Source of the DNA: Pristiophorus japonicus
Lineage: Eukaryota
Length of the DNA: 64,000 bases
Assembly: GCF_044704955.1 (NCBI RefSeq)
Contig: NC_091988.1
Span: 141,980,001 to 142,044,000, forward strand
Reading direction: 5' to 3'
Below are positions 1 through 11,829 of the stretch, piece by piece. A program made the position numbers and the translations under genes. Positions within the stretch are counted from its first letter, which is position 1. The number at the start of each line of letters is the position of its first letter. The notes beneath the pieces are model-generated. The model saw only the letters and a list, made by a program, of their open reading frames with translations. It ran no database searches and was not told where the DNA came from.

Positions 1-651
1 CACAATCTTGCCTTGCCATTTATATGCATGGAGGCTTGGAGGGTGGGGCATGATGTCTTCAGCATATGGTCAAGTGAATAGGCTGGCCAGGTGAGACAGG
101 GCCCACAATGCCACAGGCGTACAATCAATGGCCCCTGAACCAAAGTGAAGCCCACGATCCTGGCAAAGCCACGGGTGCGCTCATCCAGGTCTTCCCTGGA
201 CATACTGAACTTGATGTAGTCCATTCGTTTGCTGTAGAGAGCGTCAGTCACCTGGCGAATGCAGCAATGTACTGCAAACTGCGAGATGTTGCATAGATCA
301 CCTACAGGTGACTGGAAGGATCCGGTATCATAGAAGTTGATGGCTACTGTCACTTTCACTGCCACTGACAGCAAGGTCCTGGCACCGATGTCAGCTGCCA
401 GGTATGTCTGCAGGAGGTGATGGAGCTGTTACCACCTCCTTGCGGAACCTCAGCCTTCTTCGGCACTGCTCCTCACACATCTCCAGGCAAGAATAATGCG
501 CATGGTAAACCCTGTGAATGCACGGTCTTCTGCCCTGCCGTCTGGGGTCTCTCCTCTGGCGAGCATCCACATTTGCCATAAGCTGTCTCTGCCGCCGGCA
601 CCTTTGAAGTCTTCGCCGCCGGACAACATGGTGTGCGATCACTGCCCCCAT
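1..651 (-). pseudogene. Harbinger transposase (HARBI1-like DDE nuclease), frameshifted N-terminal part
   Basis: Frame-joined translation gives MGAVIAH...RVYHAHYSCLEMCEEQCRRRLRFRKEVV...VAVKVTVAINFYDTGSFQ...ISQFAVHCCIRQVTDAL...VQG(A)IDCT, typical HARBI1-family motifs including the first catalytic Asp. Frameshifts are present. Confidence 0.85.
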
Positions 652-1089
652 AACTTTGCAGAGGTAACAGCGATATGCTAGTTCCAAATGCATCTAATTT
701 TTAAACCAACAATGTCGCTGAGATGCTTGTACTGAGTCTTAGGAGTCAGTAGCCGCAGAATGCCAGCACCTTCGAATTGTGTGAGCAGCCAACACAGCAT
801 GCATCACGAACTCTCTGGGCCAGCTGAAATTCCCTTTAAATAACGTCCCCCGTCTTGTGTATGCCAACTTTTCCAGGTGCCATCGCTGCCAGCAAGTGAG
901 ACGGCAAAATTGAACATGGCGAGATTGGCGCCAAGGAGGTGTTGTACGTGAGATGATGCCCTTAAAATACCACAACCCAATTTTGCGGCAGGCATCACTG
1001 GCACCTAGCGCCAGCGAAAACCCACTGCCGACGAGTTGCCACCTCCCGTCGGCGTTATCAGCTGGAGTTAGCAACCGAATTTCAACCCC
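1..1089 (-). mobile_element. PIF/Harbinger DNA transposon, one end (continues off the left edge of the window)
   Basis: Terminus reads GGGGTTGAAATTCGG on the minus strand, ending at 1089. A GC-rich subterminal region is followed by a HARBI1-like nuclease frame. Confidence 0.85.
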
Positions 1090-1132
1090 TATGTTTTTTT
1101 TTAAATATCAGAATTAGTCTAATAAGGAATGA

Positions 1133-1480
1133 CTGGCATTTATTGCCCATTCCTACTTGCCCTGAGCTGGTGGGACTATTTCTCGAACCTCAAGTGGTTT
1201 GATACAACTGAGTAGCATGCTAGGCCACTTCAGAGGGCAGTTAAGAGTCAACCATGTTAGTGTGGGACTGGATTCACATATTGGCCAGAACAGGCAAGGA
1301 TGGCAATTTTCCTTCCCTAAAACCAGTTGAGGCTTTGCAATAATTCGACAGAGTCAGTCACTTTTACTGGTACTAGCTTTTTATTTCCAGATTTTTAAAA
1401 CTGAATGCAAATTCTGATAATACTATACTGGAATTTGAATTGACATTCTCTGCATTGCTGTACCAGTAACATAACCACGA
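1133..1480 (-). mobile_element. tRNA-derived SINE (HE1-like), degenerate
   Basis: Minus-strand head GTGGTTATGTTACTGG...GTCAATTCAAATTCC (A/B-box-like). The tail resembles the LINE 3' end seen at 18262-18420. Confidence 0.6.
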
Positions 1481-1489
1481 CATCATCAT

Positions 1490-2250
1490 ACCCTCTTGGG
1501 TATGGTTCTTGTAAGAGATGCATTGATAAAACGAAGGCTCATGATAGTAATGGTAAAGAGGATTGGCTGAAGGAAAGAAAGCAAACGGCTAGTGTAAATA
1601 AATTGGAAAAGTGTAGCTGGTAGATTGCCCCAAGGATCTGTTGTTTTCCATATAGAGAAATGGCCTGGACGAAAGTATAGAAGTATCAACATTTGCTGAC
1701 AATCAAACTGAAGACAAGAAAAACTGTGAGAAGAATATGAAAGATCATAACTGTAGAAGTGGACAGATATGTGGGACATGCAGTTCAATGCAAATAAATG
1801 TGAAATGGTAAATTTTTGGAAAAATACAACAAGGAATAGAAATACAACCTAAACTGTGTTATTCTCATGCAGTGGTGGAACGGAGAGCTCTAAATCTAAG
1901 ACTTAAACTAGAGCTATATTCACTGGAACGGAAATAGAAGTGTTCAAAATTATGAGGGGGTTTGGGAGAGTAAATTGCAAAAGATTATTTTGAAATCAGT
2001 AGTAAGGACATAAATTCACAATTCATACTATAAGCAGAAAGGAGAGGTTAGACTTTTATTTCATGAAAAGCTGAATAGAAGAGAGCATGTTTTACCACAG
2101 GCTATCAAATTTGAAATAAATTAAGAAAATTAGATAAAACAAACACTTCAAAATATCAAGTGTTCAGGGGAAAGCTGAGAAATGGGACTCGAGTACATAG
2201 CTCTATGTGGGAACTAGAGCTGTCACGGGCACAAAGGCTTCCTTCTGTGG
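1490..2250 (+). mobile_element. CR1 LINE, highly degenerate 3' part
   Basis: Remnants of the PQGS and FAD motifs and of the CR1 3' coding segment, with many indels. Confidence 0.6.
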
Positions 2251-3899
2251 TGACATTTGTGTTTCAATACAGGAAAACAAATGATCATACAGAAGTCAAC
2301 TCCAGATTTTAAATACCCTCAAATCATGAATTTTCAGTTTCAATTTATTCTGCTTTATACAGTATGCTACCCAATCTTATTTTTATTAAAATTTCATTTG
2401 GAGTGATAGCAATGATTTCAATTGCTTTTGCAGTTGGTACAATACATTATAGTGGTAATATGCGATAGTAGAGAGAAATGAGGCCCATTCTGCTACATCC
2501 CCCATGTTGATGTGGAGAGGAGCAAAACAGGAGCAAGATTCTCAGTCATGGACGGTGGAGGGAATTTGTGGGGGGTGGGGGGAGAATTATTACTGGATCC
2601 CTTCAACCTGAAAACTGGAAAGTACCATTGGCAAGTCTGGGAGCCGGATCCTCAGCCACAGAAATATACAGCCCAAGATGAAAGGGGGAGGAAAAGGAAT
2701 GTTAATATGTTCAATTTTATTGCAACATTTATGAGTTGAACTTAATACAGTAAAACACAGTGCAGCAACCAGCTGTCTATCTCAGTCATTTTTATTTTGC
2801 AGTACTATTACAATCCTTTACAGGAACAGTTATGGCCGGTGAAAAGCACTGTTGGAGCAGTTAACTCAGTTTTATTCGCACATAATATTTATACAAGGCT
2901 AGAAATATAAACACAATAAATATAGACTCGAGGTAGGCCGCTGAATTTTTAAAACATTAATCAAGTTAGCCAACGTCAATGCAGTCTCTCCAATACGCAA
3001 GCACATAAACTTGACCAGCACAGCTCTGTGCTTCAGAGAGCCACAGGCGGAAACATGACAAAGTTACTCTTTTCCTGCACCATGTCCAGTTAATGAGGTA
3101 AAGACACTTCTACTTGAAACAATTCTGTTTGAAATTTCACAAAAGTGCTCCATTTTGAGAATCATTACTTCCACTTAAGCTGTAAAATGCAGTTGCAGCC
3201 CCATGGGATTATACTTTACTCCCAGGTGTTTGGCATTTATCAATGATCACAGGCCCTCTTAAGCAGCTGTGACAGGCAAGGCATGGTTCAGCATTCAGGG
3301 TTCAAAAAAAGCAAAATATCAAATCCATCAGACACTAATGATCAAAAAACATTTCTTTCTAACTAAATGTGGCACTTTATTTAGAACTAAAGATGAGATA
3401 AAAAGAATAAAATCCTCCTACAAATAGGGCATTCAGGCTTTGTAGCTATAACTGTGTTAGCATTCCATCTCCAAATGTGTAATGACCAACAGTTCTTCAT
3501 GCTTCTTTGCCAAAACATTTCTAGAGTTTTATTCCAATACTAATGGTTCTAATCCTTTTTTTTTTTAAAATGAACAAAATTTCACTTTCTGCTTAGAATG
3601 AGGAAATTCTCCCAAATCACCCAAGGAAATCAGGTGATGGTACCAGATTTTGTACTATCAATGTGAATGAGACACCAGCATTCAAAAACGATCTGGACTA
3701 ATTGCGCAAGAGCCAATGAATAACGGATGGAATCCAACACACAAAAAAAAGGAAGATTATGCTCATTGGTACAAGAAGCATAGATAATGGAGAAGTATTC
3801 ATTCATCGAGAAAGGCAGAAAGAGGTGCCTGGGTAAATATCAATCAGACCCTAAATATATCCAGCCATTGAAAAACCGTTACTGACAAAGCAAATAGCT

Positions 3900-4230
3900 T
3901 TGTGTACATCTTCAAGGCCTTTGATTACGATTTAAATCAAGTTATCTTAAACTCATTGTAGGGCTTTATTTGGAACATCGTTGCAACTTTGCACACCTAC
4001 TGTTAGGAAAGGACATTGCTGTGTTAGACGTGGTGAAGAGACGAGTAACAAAGGTGATTCCAAGACACCAAACTCAAATTAAGAGGATAGACTGACAAAG
4101 CTGAATGCATTCTTCATGAACAAATTGAAGGACGGATCCTAAAGATGGAAAGGCAGGAGTAATGTGAACATAAGCAGGTTATTCAATTTAGCAAGCAATT
4201 GGAGGACAAGAGGATATGAGCACAAGTTTC
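3900..4230 (+). mobile_element. CR1 LINE fragment, very degenerate
   Basis: Similar to the 3' coding portion of other CR1 copies in the window (AGGAAAGGACATTGCTG...GGACAAGAGGATAT). Confidence 0.45.
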
Positions 4231-4269
4231 TTCAGCAAAAAAAAAGGAAAACAAGATACAAAAGGAAAA

Positions 4270-4430
4270 GATGCAAATTCAGAAACAAAACGTAAAATAC
4301 TGGGATGCAAGCCAGGTCAGTAAGGTCAGTGAGAGACAAAGAGAGGGTGGAAACCTATCAAAACGACAGCCCTATCTTTCTCTTTCAGATGCTGATTAGT
4401 CTGCTGTGCATTTCCAATGCTTTTTGGTCA
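4270..4430. repeat. Penelope-associated short repeat remnant
   Basis: AAAATACTGG...GATGCTGATTAGTCTGCTGTGCATTTCCA is related to the copies at 42362 and 59040. Confidence 0.45.
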
Positions 4431-4570
4431 CTTTTTTTTAAAGATTAGACTACCTTCCCCTCACCAAGCAAGAGGAATAGATTCCCAAACATTACTAATG
4501 AAAGCACAAAAGTTTATGAAGCACTATATAAATGCATGTTATTGTAGTTAGTGAAATTAGAGGAACAGGA

Positions 4571-6010
4571 GATAGAAACATAGAAACCTACAGCGCAGAA
4601 GGAGGCCATTTCGGCCTATTGTGTCCATGCCGGCCGACGAAGAGCCACACGGCGCTCGATCAGCAGCCCTGAAGGTTACAAATAAACCTATGAACAATGA
4701 ACAATGGCGGAAAGGCAAAGAGCACCCAGCCCAATCAGTCCATCCCACACAACTGTGACACCCCTTGCACCAAAACATTCTACACTCCATCCCAACCGGA
4801 GCCATGTGATCCCTGGGAGAGGCAAAAACCAGATAAAAACCCAGGGAAAAAAAATCTGGGAAAATTCCTCTCCGACCCATCCAGGCGATCAAAACTAGTC
4901 CAGATCACCCTGGCCGTATTTGATTTCCTGCAGTACTTACCATCGTATCTGCGCCAGCCAATAAGAGGTTATCCAGTCGAATCCCAGTTACCAGCTCTAG
5001 GTCCGTGACCCTGGAGCTTATGGCACTTCAAATGTGGTGAGGGTTTCTGCATCCACCACCCTTCCAGGCAGAGTGTTCCAGACCCCTACAACGCTCTGCA
5101 TGGAGAAGCCTCCCACCAAATCCCCTCTGAACCTTCCGCTAACCACACTAAAACTATGTCCCCTTGTAATACTCCTCCACCAATGCAAATAGGCCCCTGC
5201 TATCCACTATATCCAAGACCCTCAAAATATTGTACACCTCAATGAGGTCTCCTCTCAACCTTCTCTGTTCCAATGAGAACAAACCTAGCCTATCCAATCT
5301 GTCCTCATAGCTAAGATTCTCCATTTCAGGCAGCATCCTATTAAATCTCGTCTGCTCCCTCTCTAGTGCAATCATGTCCTTCCTATAATATGGCGACCAG
5401 AACTGCATGCAGTACTCCAGCTGTGGCCTAACCAGAGTATTATATAATTTAAGCATAACCTTCCTGCTCTTGTATTTCTATGCCTCGGCCAATAAAGACA
5501 AACATTCCGTATTTCTTCTTAACCACCTAGCCTGCTCATTTCAGAGATCTGTGGAAAGCACTCAAAGGTCCCTTTGTTCATCTACACTTCTAAGTAGCCT
5601 ACCGTTTAATGTGTATACCCTTTCCTTATTAACCCTCCCAAAGTGCATTACCTCACACTTTTCCGAATTAAATTCCATTTGCCACTGCTCTGCCCACTTG
5701 ATCAGTAGATTGATATCCTCCTGCAGTCCTTGACTTTTCTCTTCATTATCAACCACACAACCAATTTTAGTGTCATCTGCAAACTTCTCAATCCTATGCC
5801 CTATATTCAAATCTAGATCATTGATGTATACCACAAAAAGCGAGGGGCCCAGTACTGAGCCCTGCGGAACCTCACTGGAAACATCCTTCCAGTCACAAAA
5901 ACATCCATCAAAGATTACCCTTTGCATCCTACCTCTAAGCCAATTTTGGATCCAACTTGCTACTTTGCCCTGGGTCCCATGAGCTTTAACCTTCGTGACC
6001 AGTCTGCCAT
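4571..6010 (-). mobile_element. CR1 LINE, 5'-truncated, with RT domain and (TTTCTATG)n tail
   Basis: ORFs 5562..5927 (VPQGSVLGP, YINDLD, KFADDTK) and 5154..5456 (LYNTLVRPQLEYC). The tail reads ATAGAAACATAGAAAC on the + strand. Confidence 0.95.
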
Positions 6011-6949
6011 GAGATATTCAATGGGTAACTATGGCTCCAGATGTGTCCTGACCACAAGAACATCATCTGTGGAATACAACTGACCAGGTTGAATAATATT
6101 ACGTTTCCATCCTAGAGTTTTCTTCTCAATTATCTTTTGCGTCAGGGAAAAATTTCACAGTTTTCTCCTTTTCAAATTGTTAGTTCTGGTTATTTCACTA
6201 TTTATTTTTCCTCGCCAATTTTCTCCCTCTCTTTCCTGAAGGTGTTGACTCTTGTTGAGATACAATTTCATAGGTATTGGGTCTCCAGAACCTCATGCGA
6301 ATGCTGATTTTTCTTCTCTTACTCGGGGCACTACTAAAGTTCATTGTACCCCTTCCAGTGCTAGCCTAACTGAGATTGGTTACGTCAGCACAGATCAAGA
6401 ATCAATTCTTCACTGGACAATGTTTTTGTCCACTGGGCAGTCAAAGAAGTTCAGTGAGGAGATTGAACTGAAAACAGTCCAAGGAAGTACAAATTGTATA
6501 GGAAGGTGCAAGATTAATGGGCCACATGGCATTTACCTCATTCTATACTGGTGTTCTTGTATCGGAATCACACCTTTCTGTCATCTACACTTAAGGGCTC
6601 AATTTTCCCCAATGCCTTGTTTTGGCGTATTGCCAGGAGATAAACACTTTTTTTTGTCCCCAACTACTCCAAAAAAATAAGTAGCAAGTTTCCCCATTCT
6701 ATTTTTTGAAATTGGCACCACACAGCCTGTCCTGTAGCTTCGGGGGTGGAGCAAAATGTCTGCGCTGAAAAAAACGATGCCCCCCCACCTTCTGCGCATG
6801 CGTGGAAAAAAAAAAGAGACGTTTTTGAAGTGATTGCAATGGGCGGACATGCCTAGTACAACTCCTGGTCTGCATTCGGCCATTTTTAAAGATCCAGGTG
6901 TGTGTGAGAACTTTCATTCTCATTGGAAAAATCGGAGCCTCAATACAAG

Positions 6950-8360
6950 ATGCAACGCGGTGTAAGGACCAAGAATTTCTTACAGGATGAAGTAGAGGCA
7001 CTGATTACTGTGATTGAGACCAGATGGCACAAGCTGGACACCAGCAGAGGTCACACAAAAGTTTCACCAAAAGAAAAGAAGAAACTCTGGAACCAAGTTG
7101 AAGATTACTGTGCAATGGTGACCACCCTGAGGTCTGGAGGCCAGTGCAAAAAGAAGTGGCAGGATCTTGGTCAAGTAGTTAGTGTAAGTAATATTTTCAT
7201 TTGTTCAATGGAATTGCAATTGTAAATGTAACCATCTGTATATGTTCCACCCAGCAGAAAGACACCACCTCTAAAAAGTTATATTTTCATCTTTGCAGAG
7301 GAAAGTGGCACATAATAAAAAAGGGAAAGAACTCGAACAGGAGGAGGCCCGGCAAATCTGCACCCACTGACACCCTTGGAAGAGAGGGTCACTGCTTTGA
7401 TGGGTCCTGCCTGAAGAACAGCAACGACCGCTGCACAAGCTGGGCCCACACTCGAGGGAGAGGGCAAGTCCTGCAAATTCCAATGTCTGGCTTTGCTAAA
7501 TGTTAAGTACTGCGCGGGCTAGCCATGCTTCGGTTCATGGGAATGTCAGTCAGCTACACCGGTTGATGCAATGTGCTTTCATTCATTGTGGTCCTTCAAA
7601 TGAGCCTGCTGCCTGCGCTGTGTGAGCCTACTCATGCCACCCACCCTGCCCCCTCCTCTGCTGCTAACCATTTGTCTGTTCTGTTATATTTTGCAGAACT
7701 TGAGGCCAACCCTAACGATGCAGAAGATTCAGACGAGGATGAGCCTGAAGGAGAACATTTTCCAATCCCACGTTCTAGACCAAGAGCATGGGGGTGAGGG
7801 GGAGGGAGAGGGGGAGGGGATGGATGAATCCCCCCCACTGTTATACTCACTCTGGAGGAGGTGAAGGTACCACCCATTGAGGTGCCAGACCCTTTCCTGA
7901 ATGGTATGAGTGTTGCTGGGACATTCCATGGTTTCAGACAGTCCAAGCCTGGGGATTACAATGGGGTGTAGTGAGGCACACTCAGAACTCCACTGTCCGA
8001 GGCTGCGGGTCCCAGTGGAGTGCAGCGAGCCACACCCAGGGTGAGGAGGGAAAGGAGAGCTCGACAGCGCTCTCCTGAGGTGCAGGATCTAACAGATGTG
8101 GTGCAAATGATGGCAATGAGCGCGGAGAGCATTGACCTTACGCAATCGCTCCTGGACACCTTAGGATGATGAGGTATCAGGACTGTCAGGAGAAATAACA
8201 CTCATGAGAAATGGGAACACTGTCCGGGAACATGAGGGAGGGAACATTGCAAGTGGTTGACACACCGTCAAGGTTACCAGAGATGTTCGAAAGAATAAGC
8301 TTGGTATCAACCTGAGAAACACTGCACCACCGCCTGCGGGCAGGGGTGGAGTCAATAAGA
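6950..8360 (+). pseudogene. Harbinger Myb/SANT-like DNA-binding protein gene, 3 exons (6950-7183, 7299-7463, 7697 to about 8360), disrupted
   Basis: MQRGVRTKNFLQDEVEALITVIETRW...KKLWNQV...RSGGQCKKKWQDL, then a GTAAGT donor at 7184 and TTTGCAG acceptor. Exon 2 reads RKVAHN..RERTRTGGGPANLHPLTPLEERV. Stops and frameshifts occur in exons 2-3; the 3' end is approximate. Confidence 0.85.
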
Positions 8361-8719
8361 CGAAGTGCAGCAGGCGGTCTTAGAATAAGGCGGAAGACAG
8401 ATGGATGCAGCCTTTCTTTGCTGCTATTATTGTTGTTACTGTTCGCAAATTAAAAGTTTTTTGTAAGTTATGTAAATTTAAAGTTTTTAATTGATCTTAG
8501 AGTTTGTAAGTGATGTTAAAGTTTGTAAGTGATGTTAACTGAAAACGTTAAAGTTTGATACAATAATATTTTTATTAAGTACAAACAAATGTTTAAGTTT
8601 TTGAATAAAATATATTTTAAATTATAACTGAAATTATTTGTTCCATTCACACAACATAACATTACGGAACAGGTCCAAATAGTACACATCGTCCATTTGG
8701 AATAGTTGCCACTGAGCCT

Positions 8720-9048
8720 TCAGGCAGCAAAGATTTCATGGATGAGCTGCTGGTGCAAGGCTCGAGCAATCGTTAAAGGGGCACAATGGCCCGTCCTCCT
8801 CCGCTGTTGTACTCTGGGTTCAGGTAGTTGCATGGCTTCCTCATCCTCGTCCTCCTCGTCATCTTCCACATCACCAGCCACTCTCACCTCAGGTGGGTCT
8901 TCTATTTCCAGCTGCTGCTGCCTCATGATGGTTAAGTTATGCAGCATGCAGCACACAACAGTGAACTGACCGACTATCTCAGGGGAGTATTGTAAGTAGC
9001 CTCCGGAATGGTCCAGGCATCAGAAACACTGTTTTAAGATGTTATGTT
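8720..9048 (-). pseudogene. Harbinger nuclease C-terminal remnant
   Basis: LKQCF*CLDHSGGYLQYSPEIVGQFTVVCCMLHNL...ARALHQQLIHEIF. The upstream catalytic region is deleted. Confidence 0.9.
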
Positions 9049-10149
9049 GCTCGTTGCAATGTGCGACATGTTGTATTCCCGATCAGCTTCCATCCAGGTT
9101 TAAAAAAAATCCAACTTAAAGAATTGCATGAAACTTTCATTTTCTGCGTCTTCAGTTGGAAAAATTTAAGCTTGATATTGCATATTTGTGTGTTCTTGAC
9201 TTCTTCCAAAACTTCACCTCAGGTTACGCAAATAAAAACTAACCTTAAAAAAAAACTAACTGTGCGCCTGCGTAACTCAATCTTTGGGGAAACTTGGCAT
9301 GCACCTAAAAACAGTGCATATCACTGGGGAAAATTGAGCCCTATGATTAGAGGAAAATGAAGAATGATGGTGAATGCAAGTCACTTTTGTCCATTTGCAC
9401 TTAATCCAACAATGTGTCCTACTAACCTCAAATGATGCACTAATAGAACATTCCTTATTCCCATACAAATCCTCCTTCTGGATTAGCAATTTTGTTCTAT
9501 GGACTCATGCCAGTTAGAATTATAATGAGTGCGCACAAAGTAATTTCAGACAGCAAGGCAAAGACAGAAGACTGTTCATTTCATGTGGACTAAATTTGAA
9601 CACAAGTCCCCAAGGTGAAAGAACAGTATTCAAACTCGCATCAATAAACTGTAATTCTTTCTCCTTTGCTTCCTTTAAAACACACTTCTAAATTTCACAC
9701 TGTCATCAGGCATCCTTCTATCACCCAACATGATGTCAGAACAGTTGTGTAAAATGGCTATGCTTGCAGCAAGATTTCTATTTCTTAAAAACAAACGACA
9801 AGACACTTCTGAATCCAAAATATCGGAACTAGACCGAATTAACTGTATTAATCTAAAATAGTCCAGTCGTCAATTTAATCTTATTCAATATAAAGAATCA
9901 GTTTTTCTATTGAGTAATCAAACTGAGGGGAAAATATCATGTATGTAGGTTATAAAGATTAGGAGAGTAGATAACATAAATGTAGCTATTAAGCAATGCC
10001 CATCTTGGAGTTTAAAGGCCTGGAGATTGTAGGAAAGAGGAATGAGTTAGAATAGAAATTTTGAGTCTTCAGATCAACACAATAAGGATACAGTAAGGGG
10101 AAAGAGTGTATTTGGAGCAAACAGAGTAGTCTAAAAATGTACATTTATG

Positions 10150-10900
10150 TACACACATATGCTTCCCCTTGGCAATATCATCCAAGGACATGCGACCAGC
10201 TCTCACGTATGCTGGTGACACCCACCTGGACTTCTTCACCACCTCTCTCGACCCACACACAGCCCCTATGTGCTGTCTGACTGCTTATGTGTCAGTCTTC
10301 GATGAGCCACAGTTTCTTCCAATTTTAAACATCAAGATTGATGTCCTCATCTTCAACTCCACAAACGCCATACATTGCCACTGATTCATTCCCCTTCCCC
10401 AGACAAGATCTCAACCTCAACATAGAATCTCAGCTCGGGGTGAAATACAAACTCTCCATCACAAAGACTGCTTATTCCCACCTCAGTAACATCGACCATC
10501 TCTACATCTGCCTCAATCTATCTGTTGGTGAAACTCTCCTCTAAGCCTTTGTCACCACCAGAATCGACTATTCCAACACTCTTCTGGACAGCCTTCTATC
10601 CTGCACACTCTGTAAACTTCAGCCCATCCAAAACCTTGCTGCATATGTATCCTGTATCGAGTTTCACTCACTCATTACCAGAGCTCACTAATCTCCATTG
10701 GCTCCAATTTAAAAGTCTAATCCTGGTGTTGAAAACCCCTCATAGGCTTACCCCTCCCTATCTCTCTAACTTGCTCCAGCCCTACAACATCCCCAGAACA
10801 CTCTGTTCCTCAAAATTCTGGTCACTTGTATAACCCCCTCCCTTCGTCCCACCATTGGCAGCCGTGTCTTCAGTCATGTGAGCCCCATGCTCTGGAAGTA
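10150..10900 (+). mobile_element. L2 LINE 3' fragment, degenerate
   Basis: TCCATCACAAAGACTGCTTATTCCCACCTC, AFVT.RIDYSN, and LTNLHWL..FKSLILV.K are L2 C-terminal motifs. Confidence 0.8.
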
Positions 10901-11225
10901 AGTGGAATATGGCAAGCAATGTAATTGGTAATATTCGGTCATGCAACTCTGCAAAAGGCAGATTACTGAAAATATACAGCTTCCTGATTGGAAAAGACAA
11001 AAAGTCTGCTTACAAAAACTACTGTGAACTCAAAAAAGATTTTAAACAGTTCTATAAAATATCAAAAGTTGTAATGGTTACAAATTTCAATTTTTCTAGT
11101 TTCCCAAAATTGGTTGGAACACTGCACCAATCTTTGGGTAATGCCTCTTCTCAGATCATCCTGTAGAACCTAACTATTTCAAAATGCTGCATATCTCAGT
11201 ATTCATATGTATCACAAAAGTTCCA

Positions 11226-11829
11226 GGGGCCGAAATTGATGGCATTACCGCCCACTGCTGCCTAGATTCCTCCTCGCATTGCGCCCAGTGTCAGTTTCGA
11301 TTTGGGCTGGAGCGGGCGGGAGGGGAGAGCCGCCCGGAACCGCCCGCTGATGTCAGCGGATGGCCAAGTGACATAAGTGGACTCTTGCCCGCTAAGAACA
11401 TAAGAAATGCCAAATTGGTGCGGCGGAAGTCGACGGCAGAACGGGGCTGGACTGCTGGGAGGAGGCTGGTCTGTCCCCGACGGTAGGTATAAAGAGCTGA
11501 AACAAAAAGTTAGTAAACAATTTTTAATTTTTTTCTTTACATCGACTTACCTTGATGGGGTCCCCTGAAGGTCTTCCGAAATGTTTTTTTTAATTTTGTT
11601 TTAAATGTTTTTTATTTGCAGCTCTTCGACCCTCGACGGCACTTAGGCAGCAAGTGCCTTTGCCGCCGAGAATGAGCACTCCTGCCCGCTGCCGCTCAGA
11701 TTGACGGCGTAAGTCAGTTGCCGCCGATCGCTCGTTCAAGGACCTTTTCGCCGAAAACCCTGCCCGGAGTACCGTCAGGTATCCCAGCGACTCTTTGGGC
11801 AGCCCTTGCCCTTCAATAATTTCGACCCC
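11226..11829. mobile_element. Harbinger-type MITE
   Basis: TIRs GGGGCCGAAATT and AATTTCGACCCC (11/12 match); CCA TSD on both sides. Confidence 0.9.

Larger units (their letters stand above)
6595..9341 (+). mobile_element. PIF/Harbinger transposon, internally deleted, with convergent Myb/SANT and nuclease genes
   Basis: Perfect 17-bp TIRs: GGGCTCAATTTTCCCCA (6595-6611) and TGGGGAAAATTGAGCCC (9325-9341). Flanks TAA/TAT form a 3-bp TSD with one mismatch. Confidence 0.95.

Noticed and set aside
6252-6680. 142-aa ORF
   Set aside because: Non-ATG start; spans an old SINE-like repeat and a Harbinger TIR; no recognisable motif.
6950-9048. Domesticated host genes HARBI1, NAIF1 or MSANTD
   Set aside because: The sequences lie between TIRs with a TSD and contain stops, frameshifts and deletions, so they are transposon remnants.
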